The notes under the pieces are model-generated. The model saw only the letters and a program-made list of their open reading frames with translations. It did not search any database and was not told the origin of the DNA. Position numbers and translations under genes: made by a program. Of a DNA stretch of 64,000 nt, positions 11,409-23,280 are shown piece by piece (within the stretch, counting starts at the first letter, position 1; every line of letters begins with the position of its first letter). Location: the NCBI RefSeq assembly GCF_030144855.1, contig NC_082728.1:32984001-33048000 (forward strand), read 5' to 3'. Source of the stretch: Hypanus sabinus. Its lineage: Eukaryota.

Positions 11409-13945
11409 AAACTATAATGTGTTGCATTTATGAAATCGATGAACTCCTGCAGAGAAAACGAATTACATTTCTGCATGCAACAAAAACATTTTGAACTCCG
11501 AAAAAAAGACAGGTTGAAGTTTACTTTTAAGTAAAATAATCAATGTCTATTTGAGTCCTTCTTGTATTTATGAAAAACACTGAACCTACATTGTCCACCA
11601 GCAGCAAACCAAAAATAACGACAGCCAGCTGTCAACCTGAAAAATAAAAGGACTATTTCACTGAACAATGAAAAAATATGAATATATGTAAAATAATAGG
11701 CAATTAAAATATTTATCATACTTGGTTAATGGGATTTCTGCTCCTGGACCTCAGCACACAGTGTCTGCACATCAGGGCTGTATGACGTCACCTTCATCTT
11801 TACACAGGATCGCAAGCTGTCATCTGTGAGGCGTGCGCGATGTTTGTTTTTAATACAGTTCATGTTGGAGAACACCTGCTCATACACATATGTTGATCCA
11901 AAGATCGACAGGACGCCAAGCGCATACTTTTTAATGTTTACATAAATGTCGGGGATAGCATTCCATGTTTCGAACACAAGTTTGTCCGGTTTGGGGAGGT
12001 TTTCAATATCACTCCATTTGTGATTCTGAGCAAGAACGGCCTTCTGACGGGCAACATCTTCAAGGTCTGCTGTCAAGCGTCTAAACTTGGACACCCATAT
12101 GTCTTTGTCGGCTATGTCGGCCAGTTCCATCTCAAGATCAGGTTGACTCACACCTGCCAATGCAGTCGTATTCAGTGGGATGGATTGATGCTTAGGGGAG
12201 TGACCAGGAAGGATAATGTGTTTTTTACCTCTCTGAACTCACAGAAGCGTTTCCCAAACGATGTTTGCATTGCGATGATTGCAGAATGTAAATACCCCGA
12301 ATTTATCATGTCGTGAGCTTGTTTGAACTCTCTCAAATTGGGGAAGTGAGACAATGTGCCTTTCTGTAAATCTCTGGCAAGCACTGTCAACTTGTGCTGG
12401 AATGCCAAAACATCCTCCAACATGTGCAGGGCTGTGCATCCTTTCCCCTGAAGAGCTGTGTTCAGTGTGTTCAGGTGCGCTGTCATGTCTACCATGAAGT
12501 GTAGCTTTTACAGGCACTCTGGCTGTTCCAGCTCAGGAAAGGTGAGACCTTTACTGCCCAGGAAAGTTTTCACTTCTTCCAGACACACGACAAAGCGTTT
12601 CAGCACCTCCCCTCTTGACAGCCACCGGACTTTGTTGTGCAGCAGGAGATCAGAATATGCGCTTTCCAGCTCGTCCAGTAACAAACGGAATTAACGGTGA
12701 TTTAAACTTCTTGCCATTATTTTATTGACAATCTGAATGACAAGATCCATTACTTCCATGCATTCCGTAGGAAATGTTTGAGCGCACAGTGCCTCTTGGT
12801 GCAAGATGCAGTGAAAAGTCAGCAGCTTTCTGTCCAGTGACTTCTGCAGTAAAGCCACAAATCCCTTGTGCGCTCCTGTCATACTTGGTGCCCCATCAGT
12901 AGCTACTGACACCAGGTGGGTGGTCTTTATTACTTTGGCTCTTAAACAATTCAAGACAGCCTCACAGATGTCCTCCCCCCATGTCTGGCCTTTTAGAGGT
13001 ATCAACTCAATCATTTCTTCCTGTGGCCCGGCAGAGTTTACATACCGGTGGAACAGCGCTAATTGTTCAATATCACCTTTGTCTTTAGACTCGTTACAGG
13101 CAACCGAGTAGGCCACAGCTGAATTGATGTCTTTAATTTACTGTCTTCTGATGTCTTCTGCCATTTTTATGGTTCTGTCTTTGACAGTCTTTGCAGAGAG
13201 GGGCATATCCCTGATTTTCTGCACTATTTCACTCTTGTTTTTAAAGTCCGTGAATAGATGTTCTGAAATCTTAATGAAAGATTCTTTTATATATTCACCA
13301 TCTGTAAACTGCTTCCCGTGCCTGACTATTTCCTGAGCGGCAACAAAACTAGCATATGTCGTTGATTTTCCAGACATCATCCACTTCTTGAAATGATTTT
13401 TGCTGAGATCAACCTTCCGCATCAGTTCCGAAACGGCTTTTTTTCTCTCATCTCCATCCGGATATTTTTGAGCAAAGGCTGCGTGTTTATTCTGGAAATG
13501 TCTTGCGAATTTGACTTTTTGTTGTTTGCTAGTTTCTCATTGCATATTAAGCATACCGGTAAACCAGTCTCGTCAGCAGTGAAAGCAAATGAATCTGCCC
13601 ACGTATCATTAAATGTTCTGTTTTCTTCAGTCACTTTTCTTTTTTTTTAAGAATTCTCCATAGTTAGCCTACCTTGGATCAAAAAATTAAAGAAATCGCG
13701 CACTGGCGGGTGTCAGGCATTGGCCGTGGTGACGTATATTAATAGCGACAAACAACGCGTTTTATTTAGATTGTACAAGATCACCATAATCTTCAAATTT
13801 AGAATTACATTTCAAAAACTAACAAACTAACATAAAATACATTTTAATTAAATACTCATCATTTATTTTCCAAAGCCATAGGGAGCCGCAGCACAGAGAT
13901 GAAAGAATCGGATGCGGCTCTGGAGCCGCGGGTTGCCGACCCCTG
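11409..13945 (-). mobile_element. hAT DNA transposon (Buster/SPIN, GTF2IRD2-like); one end deleted
   Basis: TIR ggttgccgacccctg 13931-13945; transposase on minus strand. Confidence 0.88.
11726..13661 (-). pseudogene. hAT transposase (frameshifts and stops)
   Basis: PVCLICNEKL, VATDGAPSM, FHCILHQEALCA, LSIFGSTYVYEQVFSNM, RARLTDDSLRSC. Confidence 0.9.
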
Positions 13946-14096
13946 GTTTATACATAGCATAAAGGCAAAAAAAAAACGTTGTATGCAGTGTTATTTCATT
14001 TTAAATGTCAAACGGGTTTTGTGGCTCCCAGTGTTTTCTTTTCTGTGAGAGACGGGTCCAAATGGCTCTTTCAGTGGTAAAGGTTGCCGACCCCTG
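13946..14096. mobile_element. End of a second, non-autonomous hAT element
   Basis: Second TIR ggttgccgacccctg 14082-14096 followed by GCTTAGAC; left counterpart GCTTAAAC at 11401-11408. Confidence 0.7.
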
Positions 14097-14350
14097 GCTT
14101 AGACAATGGTTCAGCTTTTATCCAGAAAGTGGTCAAACTGGTACTACAGGCGCTGAGGACAAAGCAAAGATTTGGATGTGTATACCACCCTCAGTCGCAG
14201 GGCATGGTAGAGAGAATTAATGGAACCCTGAAAGCCAAACTAAACAAAATTTGTGCAGACACTAAACTTAATTGGGTCGATGCTTTACCGTTAGCATTGA
14301 TGAGTTACCACATGCAAACTAATCGAATGACATGCCTGACACCGCATGAG
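14097..14350 (+). pseudogene. ERV integrase core continuation
   Basis: LDNGSAF..YHPQSQGMVERINGTLK..WVDALPLAL..LTPHEI. Confidence 0.9.
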
Positions 14351-14944
14351 ATTGCTGCAGGCTGGGAAGCTGTCATACCTGTGATAGGGGTAAGCAAAAA
14401 TGTTTAATGGATAAACTACATATACTATAATCAACAGAGATTCATCAACTACACCGATGATGCACTGGAGGCCTTAGGGCAACAGCTAGATGCAACTAGC
14501 AGGATGGCGTGGCAAAACAGACAGGTACTGGATTGGCTTTTGGCAGGAAAAGGGGGTGTGTGTGTAATGTTTGGAGAACAATGCTGCACTTTCATACCGA
14601 ACAATACTAGCCCAGAAAGGTCTTTCACCAGAGCAATGAATAAATTAAAGAATCTGCGGACGGAGGTCAAACAGAATGCAGGGTTCGGACATCAGTTTTT
14701 TGATTGGTTAGAAAGTAGACTCAGAGGATGGGGAGCATGGCTGACTAAAATGGCAATAACTGTCAGTATTGTAATGTTGAGCTGTGCGTTTGTGCTGTGC
14801 TGTTTTCTTCCTTGTCTCAAATCTCTTATAGTGCGTGTTGCAACCAAACAATTTCCGATGCTCGTGGCAATTACCGAAGCAAGCTTAGTGAAGAAAAAAA
14901 CACCGAAAATGTTATCGTTACAGCCTAAAACACCTGCAGGATGA
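14351..14944 (+). pseudogene. env: ERV env TM subunit remnant (SU deleted)
   Basis: WINYIYYNQQRFINYT, immunosuppressive-domain-like WQNRQVLDWLLAGKGGV, CX6CC (CVMFGEQCC), hydrophobic anchor MAITVSIVMLSCAFVLCCFL. Confidence 0.9.
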
Positions 14945-15208
14945 ACAAGAGCAAAATGACAGTGTGGGAGTAGATTGTAAGGGCTTATGAGTCTTTTTCC
15001 CTGTCTCAGGTACAAAGGGACAGGTTTTTTTGGCTCAGCGGCCCAGGGTAACAGGGAGAGAATACTTTTGAGGACTTGGTGCAGAAAATTATAGTTTAAC
15101 CTGAGATTTGGGAATAAATGTTTGAGTTTATTGAGGCTTTTGTGCGCGGACTCTTAGTCTTCTTTCTCTGTGTGAGTACCTCTGGGTCTCAAAGGGCGTT
15201 TATATATA

Positions 15209-15679
15209 TTTTGGAGTATAAAAATATTATGGAGTATAAAACTTGTATCATTTGCTGTGTAACTAGTCAGTTTGCTATGTATGTACTCAATTTAGTAGAA
15301 TGAAATCTTAGGAATGTAGAAGACAAATGGTGTGTTAATATATGGTAATGAGAGGTAGCAGGGAGATGTAGTCAGCTTTGAAACTTGCTATTTGCTATGC
15401 ATGTACCCAATTTAGCAAGAGAACGAAATCTTAGGAATGTAAAAGACAATGGTGTGTTAATGGAAGTTAGCTAAAGAGATGTAGATTAGAACTGTACATG
15501 TGGTACATGTGAAACTAGACCAGGATTTTGCTATAAAAAATGCCGTGTCTGAGGATCGGTGGGCAATCAGCGACTAGTTCAATGACTGTCTCAGCTTTGA
15601 TTTGCAAATTAAAGTTCAACCCTTCTTGAAGAATCTGCTGCGTCTCCTGGTCATTTGTGAGGCACGAAAAACCATGACA
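15209..15679 (+). repeat. ERV 3' LTR (471 bp, extra U3 repeat unit)
   Basis: Matches 4659-5007 plus ~122-bp duplication; ends ..catgaca. Confidence 0.9.
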
Positions 15680-15683
15680 GTAG

Positions 15684-17889
15684 CAGGTGAGTTAAGTCGG
15701 GTAAGGGGGCCGCCACCTGACTGTAGTTTCTGATGAACCGGCGGTAGAAGTTCGGCGGTAGAACACCGTTGGTGTCGCTTGCGGTCCGTGGGTTTGGGCC
15801 ACCCTGCCACAGCCTGGATCTTCTCAGGATCAGCTCTCACCTGTCCACGCTCGATGATATACCCTAGGAAGCTGACCGAGGGGACGAGGAATTCGCATTT
15901 CTCTGCCTTTATGAATAATTTATTCTCCCCCAGCCTCTGCAGGACTTGATGGACGTGTTGGACGTGTTGCTGGGGACTGCTGGAAAAGATCGGGGTGTCA
16001 TCCAGGTAGACAAACACACAGCGGTTAAGGAAGTCTTTTAGACATCATTAATCAAGGCTTGAAAAACTGTGGGGGTATTGGTGAGGCCGAAAGGCATGAC
16101 TAATTACTTGAAGTGGCCTAACGGGGTATTGAAAGCCGTCTTCCACTCGTCCCCCTCCCTTATCCGGACCAAATGGTAGGCATTTCGGAGATCCAACTTC
16201 AAGAAGATGGTGGCTCCATGAAATGGCTCGAACGCAGAACATAAGAGGCAGTGGGTACTTGTTCTTAATGGTGATATGATTTAGGCCTCGGTAACCGATG
16301 CAGGGATGGAGAGAGCCGTCCTTCCCCACAAAGAATCCAGCACCCACCGAGGAGGATGAGGGTCGAATAATAGGGCCGCGAGAGACACACTAATGTATTT
16401 CTCCATGGCTTCTTTCTGAGGCCGGGACAAGTTATACAGGTGACTGGTGGGTAACGAGGACCCGGGAAGAAGGTGGATAACACAGTCATACGGGCGTTGT
16501 GGAGGCAGGGAAAGAGCATGTTGCTTGCTGAATACCTGTCCCAGGTCATGATATTCTGTGGGAACTCTGGACAAGTCGAGAGTTTCAAAGACGGGCGAGG
16601 TCACTGTATCCTCCCTAGGGGATAGGGTTGACTTCAGACGGGTGGCGTGGCAAAATGGGCTCCAGCTGGCTATCCTCCCGGTAGACCGATAAATGTCAGG
16701 GTTTTGGCGGCGTAGCCAGGGGTATCCAAGTACTATCGGGGCTTGAGGAGAGGAGATTAGGTTAAATTGTACCTGCTCCCGATGATTCCCAGAGAGGATC
16801 AAAGACAGTGGAGTAGTAGGGTGAGTGACTCGAGCCAGTACCCGCCCTTCCAGAGGGGTAGACAGCGGCTCCCGAGGAATTCCGGCCTGGACAGCTATGT
16901 CTTCATCCAACAGATTCCCCTCAGTACTGGAGTCTATCAAGGTAGACAAGGACAAGGACTGTCGATTGTAGGTTACAGAAGCTTGGATCTGCATCCAGGC
17001 TTGGGGAACCGAAGGGAGATTCACCAGAACAGTTGGAGTGGGGGCTACACTAGGAGCGGACGGGGAAGAGAGGCTGGCTGAAGATGTTAAGGTGGGCTGT
17101 AGGATGACCCGCGGAGCGGGGTGACTGGTCTTTTCTCTCAGATGTTCTCGAAGTCGATTATCTAGCCTGGTGGCTAGAGAGACCAGAGTCCAGGCTGTTC
17201 GCATCATCCCTGGCCGCTAATTCAATTTTTGTCAGAGAGACCCGGTCGAAACACTTCATGTAGTGCTTCGTCATTCCACCCAGAGTCAGCCGCTAATGTT
17301 CGGAACTCTACAGAGTATTTCGCTACGCTTCGCGAGCCCTGACCGAGAGTCAGAAGGCGCCTAGTGGCGCCCTTCCCGCGAATGGGATGTTCAAAAATCT
17401 TCCTCATCTCCGAGATGAAGGTGGAGAAGGAGGAACAGACCTCTGGCCGGTTGTCTCAGATCGCGGTGGCCCATGATAAGGCATCCCTTCCTAACAGCCC
17501 CATGATGTACGCAATTTTGATCTGTCCGAACTGTACGTACGTGGCTGTTGCTCAAAAACCAGAGAGCACTGCTGTAAGAAAGCCCAGCACCTTCCTAGGT
17601 CCCCAGTGTAGGGTTCTGGTTCAGGTACGTAAGGCTCTCGAGGTGATTGTGTTACCGAGCCCAGGGGTGTAGCCATCCCAGGCTGTGCGGTTTGGTCAGA
17701 CTGGGTTCTTGGAAAGGACAGAGTAAGGGGAGCGGATACCCGAACAACCTGCTCACTGACCTTCTTTACATCCTCAGGTAGGGCATGAAGATCTTTCATG
17801 ACTTCTCTGAGTAGTTGATCATGTATGCCCAGTAGGGAGCCCTGGCTAAGGAGGGCCTGTTGCACCAGGTCCATGTCCACTGGGTTCAT
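15684..17889 (-). pseudogene. Gypsy gag-protease-RT (frameshifted)
   Basis: PEPYTGDLGRC..FLQQCSLVFEQQP, QGSRSVAKYSVEFRTLAA..WNDEAL, LIDSS (degenerate DSG), KNKYPLP, VYLDD, KAEKCEF. Confidence 0.92.
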
Positions 17890-17893
17890 TCTG

Positions 17894-17904
17894 GCTAGTT
17901 CGTT
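17894..17904 (-). other. Gypsy non-tRNA PBS (self-priming type)
   Basis: AACGAACTAGC 1 nt from the 5' LTR, no TGG; complementary to LTR 18106-18116. Confidence 0.75.
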
Positions 17905-17905
17905 C

Positions 17906-18269
17906 TGTTACACGGGGGCAACAGAGGAGAACCCAAGTGCAGGACACTGGCACGTCAACTCATTTGGGGAGGCTGGTGTAGACCTGAACATAGAGCAGGA
18001 AACCAGAGGAATCTTGACAAGGAGACGGGATTCACATGGACTCTCTAGAAACTAGAGCAGAACTTAGAACTACTGGTTCTAATCAGAACCAGGAAGAAAG
18101 TATCCAACAAACTAGCAACCTGTGATAGAGTCATCCTTGTATTTATTTACCAGTCTCTGTTGAAAGCCAGGTGTACGATTATTGGGTAACTAGCAGCAAT
18201 TGACTGAAATTGGGGCATGATCAGGGAGAAAGAAGTGTTAAGAGGGAACTGCCAACCAGAACCATTACA
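17906..18269 (-). repeat. Gypsy 5' LTR
   Basis: tgttacacggggg...ccattaca; minus-strand ATAAATA at 18140-18146. Confidence 0.93.
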
Positions 18270-20085
18270 GCATATAAGGTGAAGGAGAATCCTAAGGGTG
18301 TCTATAGATATATTAAGAGCAAAAGGATCGCAAGGAACAACATTGGACTTCTGGAAGATCAGAGTGGTAATCTATGTATGGAGCTGAATGAGACGGGGGA
18401 GAATGTAAATGGAGTTTTTGCGTCTGTATTTACTCAGGAGAGGGTTACAAGGTCTATATAAGTTCATCAATGCAGCTGCGAGGCTATGCACTCTTTACAG
18501 ATAACAGAGGAGGAGGTGTCATGAGGCAAATTTAGGTGGATGAGTTCCCAGGGCCTGACAAGGGAGGCCAGTGCAGAAACTGCAAGGGCCCTAGCTGAGA
18601 CATTTAAACATCCTTAGTCTCAGGTGAGGGGCCATAGGATTGGATAATAGCTGATATTATTCTGTTGTTTAAGAAAATCTCTAAGAATAAGATAGGAAAT
18701 TGGAGGCTGGCGAACCTTATGTCAGTAGTAGGAAAGTTATTGGAAGGTATTCTGAGGGATACCCTCAATATAACTATTTGGATAGACAAGGACCAATTAG
18801 GGATAGTCAGCATGGCTTTGTGCATGGCAGGTCATGTCTAACCAATCTTACTTAAAGAGTTTTTTTGAGGAAGTTACCAGGAAAGTTGATGAAGGCAAAG
18901 CAGTGGATGTTGGCTGCATGGACTTTAGCAAACCCTTTGACAAGGTCCTACATGGGAGGTTGGTCAAGAAGCTTGAATCACTTGCCATTCAACATGAGGC
19001 AGTAAATTGGATTCAACATTGTCTTTGCAGGAGAAGTCAGAGAGAGGTGGTAGATGGTTGCCTCTCCGACTCGAGGCCTGTGACCAGTGGACTGCCTTTG
19101 GGACTGGTGCTGGGTCCTTTGTTTGTCATCTATATCAATGAACTGAATGATACTGTGGCAAATTGGATCATAAAATTTATGGTGGCACCAAAATTGCAGG
19201 TGTAGTGGAAAGCAAGGAATACTATCAAAGTTTGGAGTGGGACCAGGACCAGCTGGAAAAGTGAGTTGCAAAATGGCAGATGGAATTTAATGCAGACAAG
19301 TGTGAGGTGTTGCACTTTGGGAAGTTCAAGCAGTGTTGGTCTTACACAGTGAGTGGCAGGACAGTGAGGAGTATAATAAAGCAGTGAGATTTGGGAATAC
19401 AGTTTCATAATTCCTTGAATTCCTTTTCAAAGGTTGATAAGGTCATAAATAAACATTTTGGAATGTTGCCCTTCATAAATCAACATAGTAGTGCAGGAGT
19501 TGAGATGTAATGTTGAAATTGTATAAGATGTTGGTGACACCTAATTTGGTGTAATGTGTGTTGATTTGGTCACCTACCCAAAGGAAATCTGCAAACAAGA
19601 TTGAAAGAGTACAGAGAAGATTTACATAGATGTTGAGGGGACATGAGGACCTGAGTTATATGGAAAGGTTGAATAGGTTAGGATGATATTCCTTAGAACA
19701 CAGAAGGTTGAGAGGAGATTTGATAGAGGTGTACAAAATTATGAGGTGTATCGCTGGGGGAAATGCAAGCAGGCTTTTTCAGCTGAGGTTGGGTGAGATG
19801 GGAACTAAAGAACATGGGCTAAGGGTGAAAGGTGAAATGTTTAAACGGAACATGAGAGGGAGCTGCTTCACTCAGAGGGTGATGAGATTGTGGAGTGAGC
19901 TGCCAGTGCAAGTGATGGATGGGGAGTTGATTACACCATTTTACATAAATTTGGATAAGTACATGAATGAAAGGGGTATGGAGGACTGTTGGTCAACGGG
20001 ACTAGGGAGACTGATGCTTCAGCATGGACTAGATGGGCCGAAGGGCCTGTTTCTGTGCTGTAGTGTTTTTTGTCTCTATGCTCCA
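18270..20085 (+). mobile_element. CR1 LINE ORF2 3' part (RT) and 3' UTR
   Basis: SCLTNL..FFEEVT, DFSKPFDKV, LGLVLGPLF, FNADKCEV, LRGDLIEVYKIM. Confidence 0.9.
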
Positions 20086-20339
20086 TGTAGATCACAGGAA
20101 ATGAAATGCATCAGTCAAGGCTGTGTTGTGGAAGACGTTGGGATGTCATAAATTCATCTGTGATCTTACTGACTAAGGGCGCACACTGGAGGGACATCTG
20201 GCCAGTTATTTTCTGTAAGCTTTTCCCGTGTTCGCGCTAGTTCATGTGTTTGTTAGTGAGGACTCCTAAAAGGAGATCAAAAATTCATTTAAAAATAATT
20301 TTTAAAAAATAGTTCAAGTTTCAAAATAAATTTGTTATG

Positions 20340-20820
20340 AAATTACTTTATGTCACCATATACTGCCTTGAGATTCATTTTCTTGAAGGCATTTACTTTA
20401 AAACATAAACTGCTGTATAATAGAATCAATGAAAAACTACACATAAAGATTTACAAACAATGAATGTACAAAAGAAGACAAATGGCAAAAATAAAATCAG
20501 ATATAGTGAATAAATAATACTGAGAACAGGAATTGGAGAGTTCTTGAAAGTGTGCCCATAGGTTGAGAGAGGTCATCCACACAGATTCAGGAGCCTGATG
20601 GTTGTCGGGTAATCCCTATTCCTGAACCTGTTGCTGCTGGACCTATAGCTCTTGTACCTCCTTCCCATTGTCAACATAAAGAAGTGAGCAAAGGCTGGAC
20701 GGTGCAGATGATTAATGTTGATTGTGGCTTTTTTGTGGCAGTGCTACTTGTCGATGTGCTCAGTGGTGGGGAGAGCTTAGCCTGTGATGGATTAAGTTGT
20801 ATCCAACACTTTTTGCAGAC
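20340..20820 (-). mobile_element. Rex1/Babar-like LINE 3' fragment
   Basis: Minus strand caggttcaggaatagggattacccgacaaccatcaggctcctgaa (RFRNSxxPxxIRLLN-like). Confidence 0.6.
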
Positions 20821-23280
20821 ATCTCCATTCTTGTAAGTGATCTTGTCATCCTTGTTACTTCGTCAATAGGGTCTGAGTTAATATCAGCACCCAGGATGAA
20901 AAGCCAAATGTGACATTTACACCACATAACCTCCCGCAGAGATCCTTTCAATAATTCCAAGTGCTCTACTGTCAACACTGATCAGAACATCAGAGATTTA
21001 AGACATAGCAGATGTTGGAATCTTAAGCAAAAACAAACCTCTGGAGGAAGTCAGTGAGTGAAGCTGCTTGACCCCATGAGTTCATCGGCAGATTATATTC
21101 TGATCAGCACCTCGTCTGGATCAATCACTGGAGAGATGACGATCAAAGCAGGTCAAAGAACAGAGGGCTTATTATTTTCTGTAAAGTTGGTAAATTTTTG
21201 AGAGCAGTAATTGGGAACAGATGTACTCTGGGAAATTTATATTGGAAATATGGAGCTTGCTTAGGTAGTATTTGCATGGGGTTCTGGATTAGTTCTCTTG
21301 TTGAGACAGGGAAAGATTGGAAGGGAGAAGGAACTATAATTGACATGAGAGGTGGAGCACCTAGTCAAGAATTTTAGCAAGGAACAATCAGATTTGGACA
21401 CTCTTTATTTGGACAAGAGACTTGAGAGTTGCAAGGTAGCAAGAAAAAAAACATAATAAACATAAGAGAGTTAAAAAGGGATGTGATAAAGCTTTGATGA
21501 ATAGGATTAAGAAAAACCCCAAGGCTTCTACACATATATGAAGAACAGGAAGGTGAATACTTTGTTATAGGTCTTCAGAGATCTGTAGCTCCTCCCTGAT
21601 GTTCATGAGGAGAAAATGACATGCCATTATGGTGAATGATGGATGCCTAGTTCTTAAATAACCGCCTTTTGAAGATGTCCTTGATAGCTGGGAGGGTTGT
21701 GCCTCTATCTGGAAATTTATTCAAGAGGGAGCAGTGTACATGAGAACAGTTTCTGTGGTGCCACAGAGAACAAGTGGCAGCTGTGAAAAGAGAGAATGAA
21801 CAGCCGAAGTACCTAACCACAAACCACAGCTACCATTTATTTTTGCCCACATTGCACCAGAATATGTGGTTCCTTTATCAGCCTCTACAGCCATCTGAGG
21901 ACCCAACAATAGGCAACCCCTTAGAGAACATCATATTCAACTCAAGTGATTGCACTACTACTATGGCTATTGATGACAATAAACTCAACTTTGACTTGAC
22001 TTTAGTGTAGGTAACAGGAGACAAATGATTGGAAATAAATTAGATTTGGACCCCCTTTATCCATAGATTTAAAACAAATTGAGAATGTGTTACCTGTAGT
22101 TTTTGATGGGAATAAATGGAGAACTTATTGCTAAATTCTTTACCAGCATGTCAAATGTTTGACCTGTTTACTTGTTATACATTCTATGTTTTTTCTGTTT
22201 TTAGTGTTTGTAGATTTACTTTCAGATCAGTTTCATTCAACAATATCTGCCATTCCTTTCTGAAATTGTGAACATATATATGCTTAAGATACTACTGCTA
22301 AAAAAGTCTAGGCACTTAGCTTATGGAAATTCCATCCTTCTTTCCATAGATGTGATCTGATGTATCTCTTTTACACTCCTCTAATAAATTCATGTAATGC
22401 TGTTTACAAAATATTGCTATCATTCTCTGAGTGGGTATGAATATCAAAATGAATTTACTGATAGTCATTTCTATTGATCGTAAATACAGATTCCAAGTAC
22501 AAATTCAGTTTTGCCACATGGCAAATAAAAACGCTTATCGAAAAGGCATAACATTTTCGAGTTTTACTCCACTTCATGGAACAACAGAACTTCAGACAAA
22601 ATATGTTAAATTCTTTGAAATCCACTAATGTTAGGAAAATTATTATTTAACAATAGTCAATGCATACATAAGCAAACTATCACTACAGAAATGAACAGAT
22701 TAAATAACTTAAAAATGAGTTTTGTTTTCATGACATTTTGAACCAGATTGTTCATAGCCTTGCATCATATTGAATTCTGCATGTTGCAGATCAAATGTTA
22801 ACTGCATCATTACCTTCACCTCCTTTGCCATGCCTGCTTCTGGTCTGCTTAAACCACGTGTTGAAATTTCCAACTTTATTACTTTTACACTGAGTTTCTT
22901 GGTTGATATTCCTAATGCCACCTAATAGGCAAACATGTCTTTGTCTCAAATACTGCCAACATATTTTAAAATCTCTACTCAGTCTGGACTTAATTAAATT
23001 CTATAAATCCTTCAGTACAATGACCTTTTAAGATTCTCCAATTCCAGATTATTACACACACCACTTTTAATTGCCTCAGTAGTTCTTGAATTCCCTCCTT
23101 TAACATCTTTCCTTTTTTGTCTTCATGAAAAATCTGTTGCAAACCTGCATATTTGCAAAACATTTTAGTCTGCTGCTGTAAAATGTTTTTGTATGTAAGG
23201 GTGTTAATTTTTGTTGTGGGGGAAGTTAGAGTCACTTAAATATGTTAAAAGATGAAGATAGTTAAAAGTAACAGAGTCAA

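Larger units (their letters stand above)
4659..15679 (+). mobile_element. Endogenous retrovirus (class I, epsilon/fish-type), defective provirus
   Basis: Two LTRs, PBS, gag with CCHC, amber gag-pro junction, YVDD RT, RNase H, IN, gamma-type env TM; 4-bp TSD GTGG (4655-4658)/GTAG (15680-15683); excision rejoins Gypsy pol (..SPAT|[11 protein letters not shown]..). Confidence 0.95.
2376..18269 (-). mobile_element. Ty3/Gypsy chromovirus LTR retrotransposon (Tf1/sushi, PEG10/RTL1-like), degenerate, hosting an ERV
   Basis: Two TG..CA LTRs, 5-bp TSD ACATA (2371-2375)/GCATA (18270-18274), order gag-PR-RT-RH-IN-chromodomain. Confidence 0.95.

Noticed and set aside
22700-23240. Minus-strand stretch with coding-like composition
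   Set aside because: Many stops in every frame and no family recognised; a tBLASTx search would be needed
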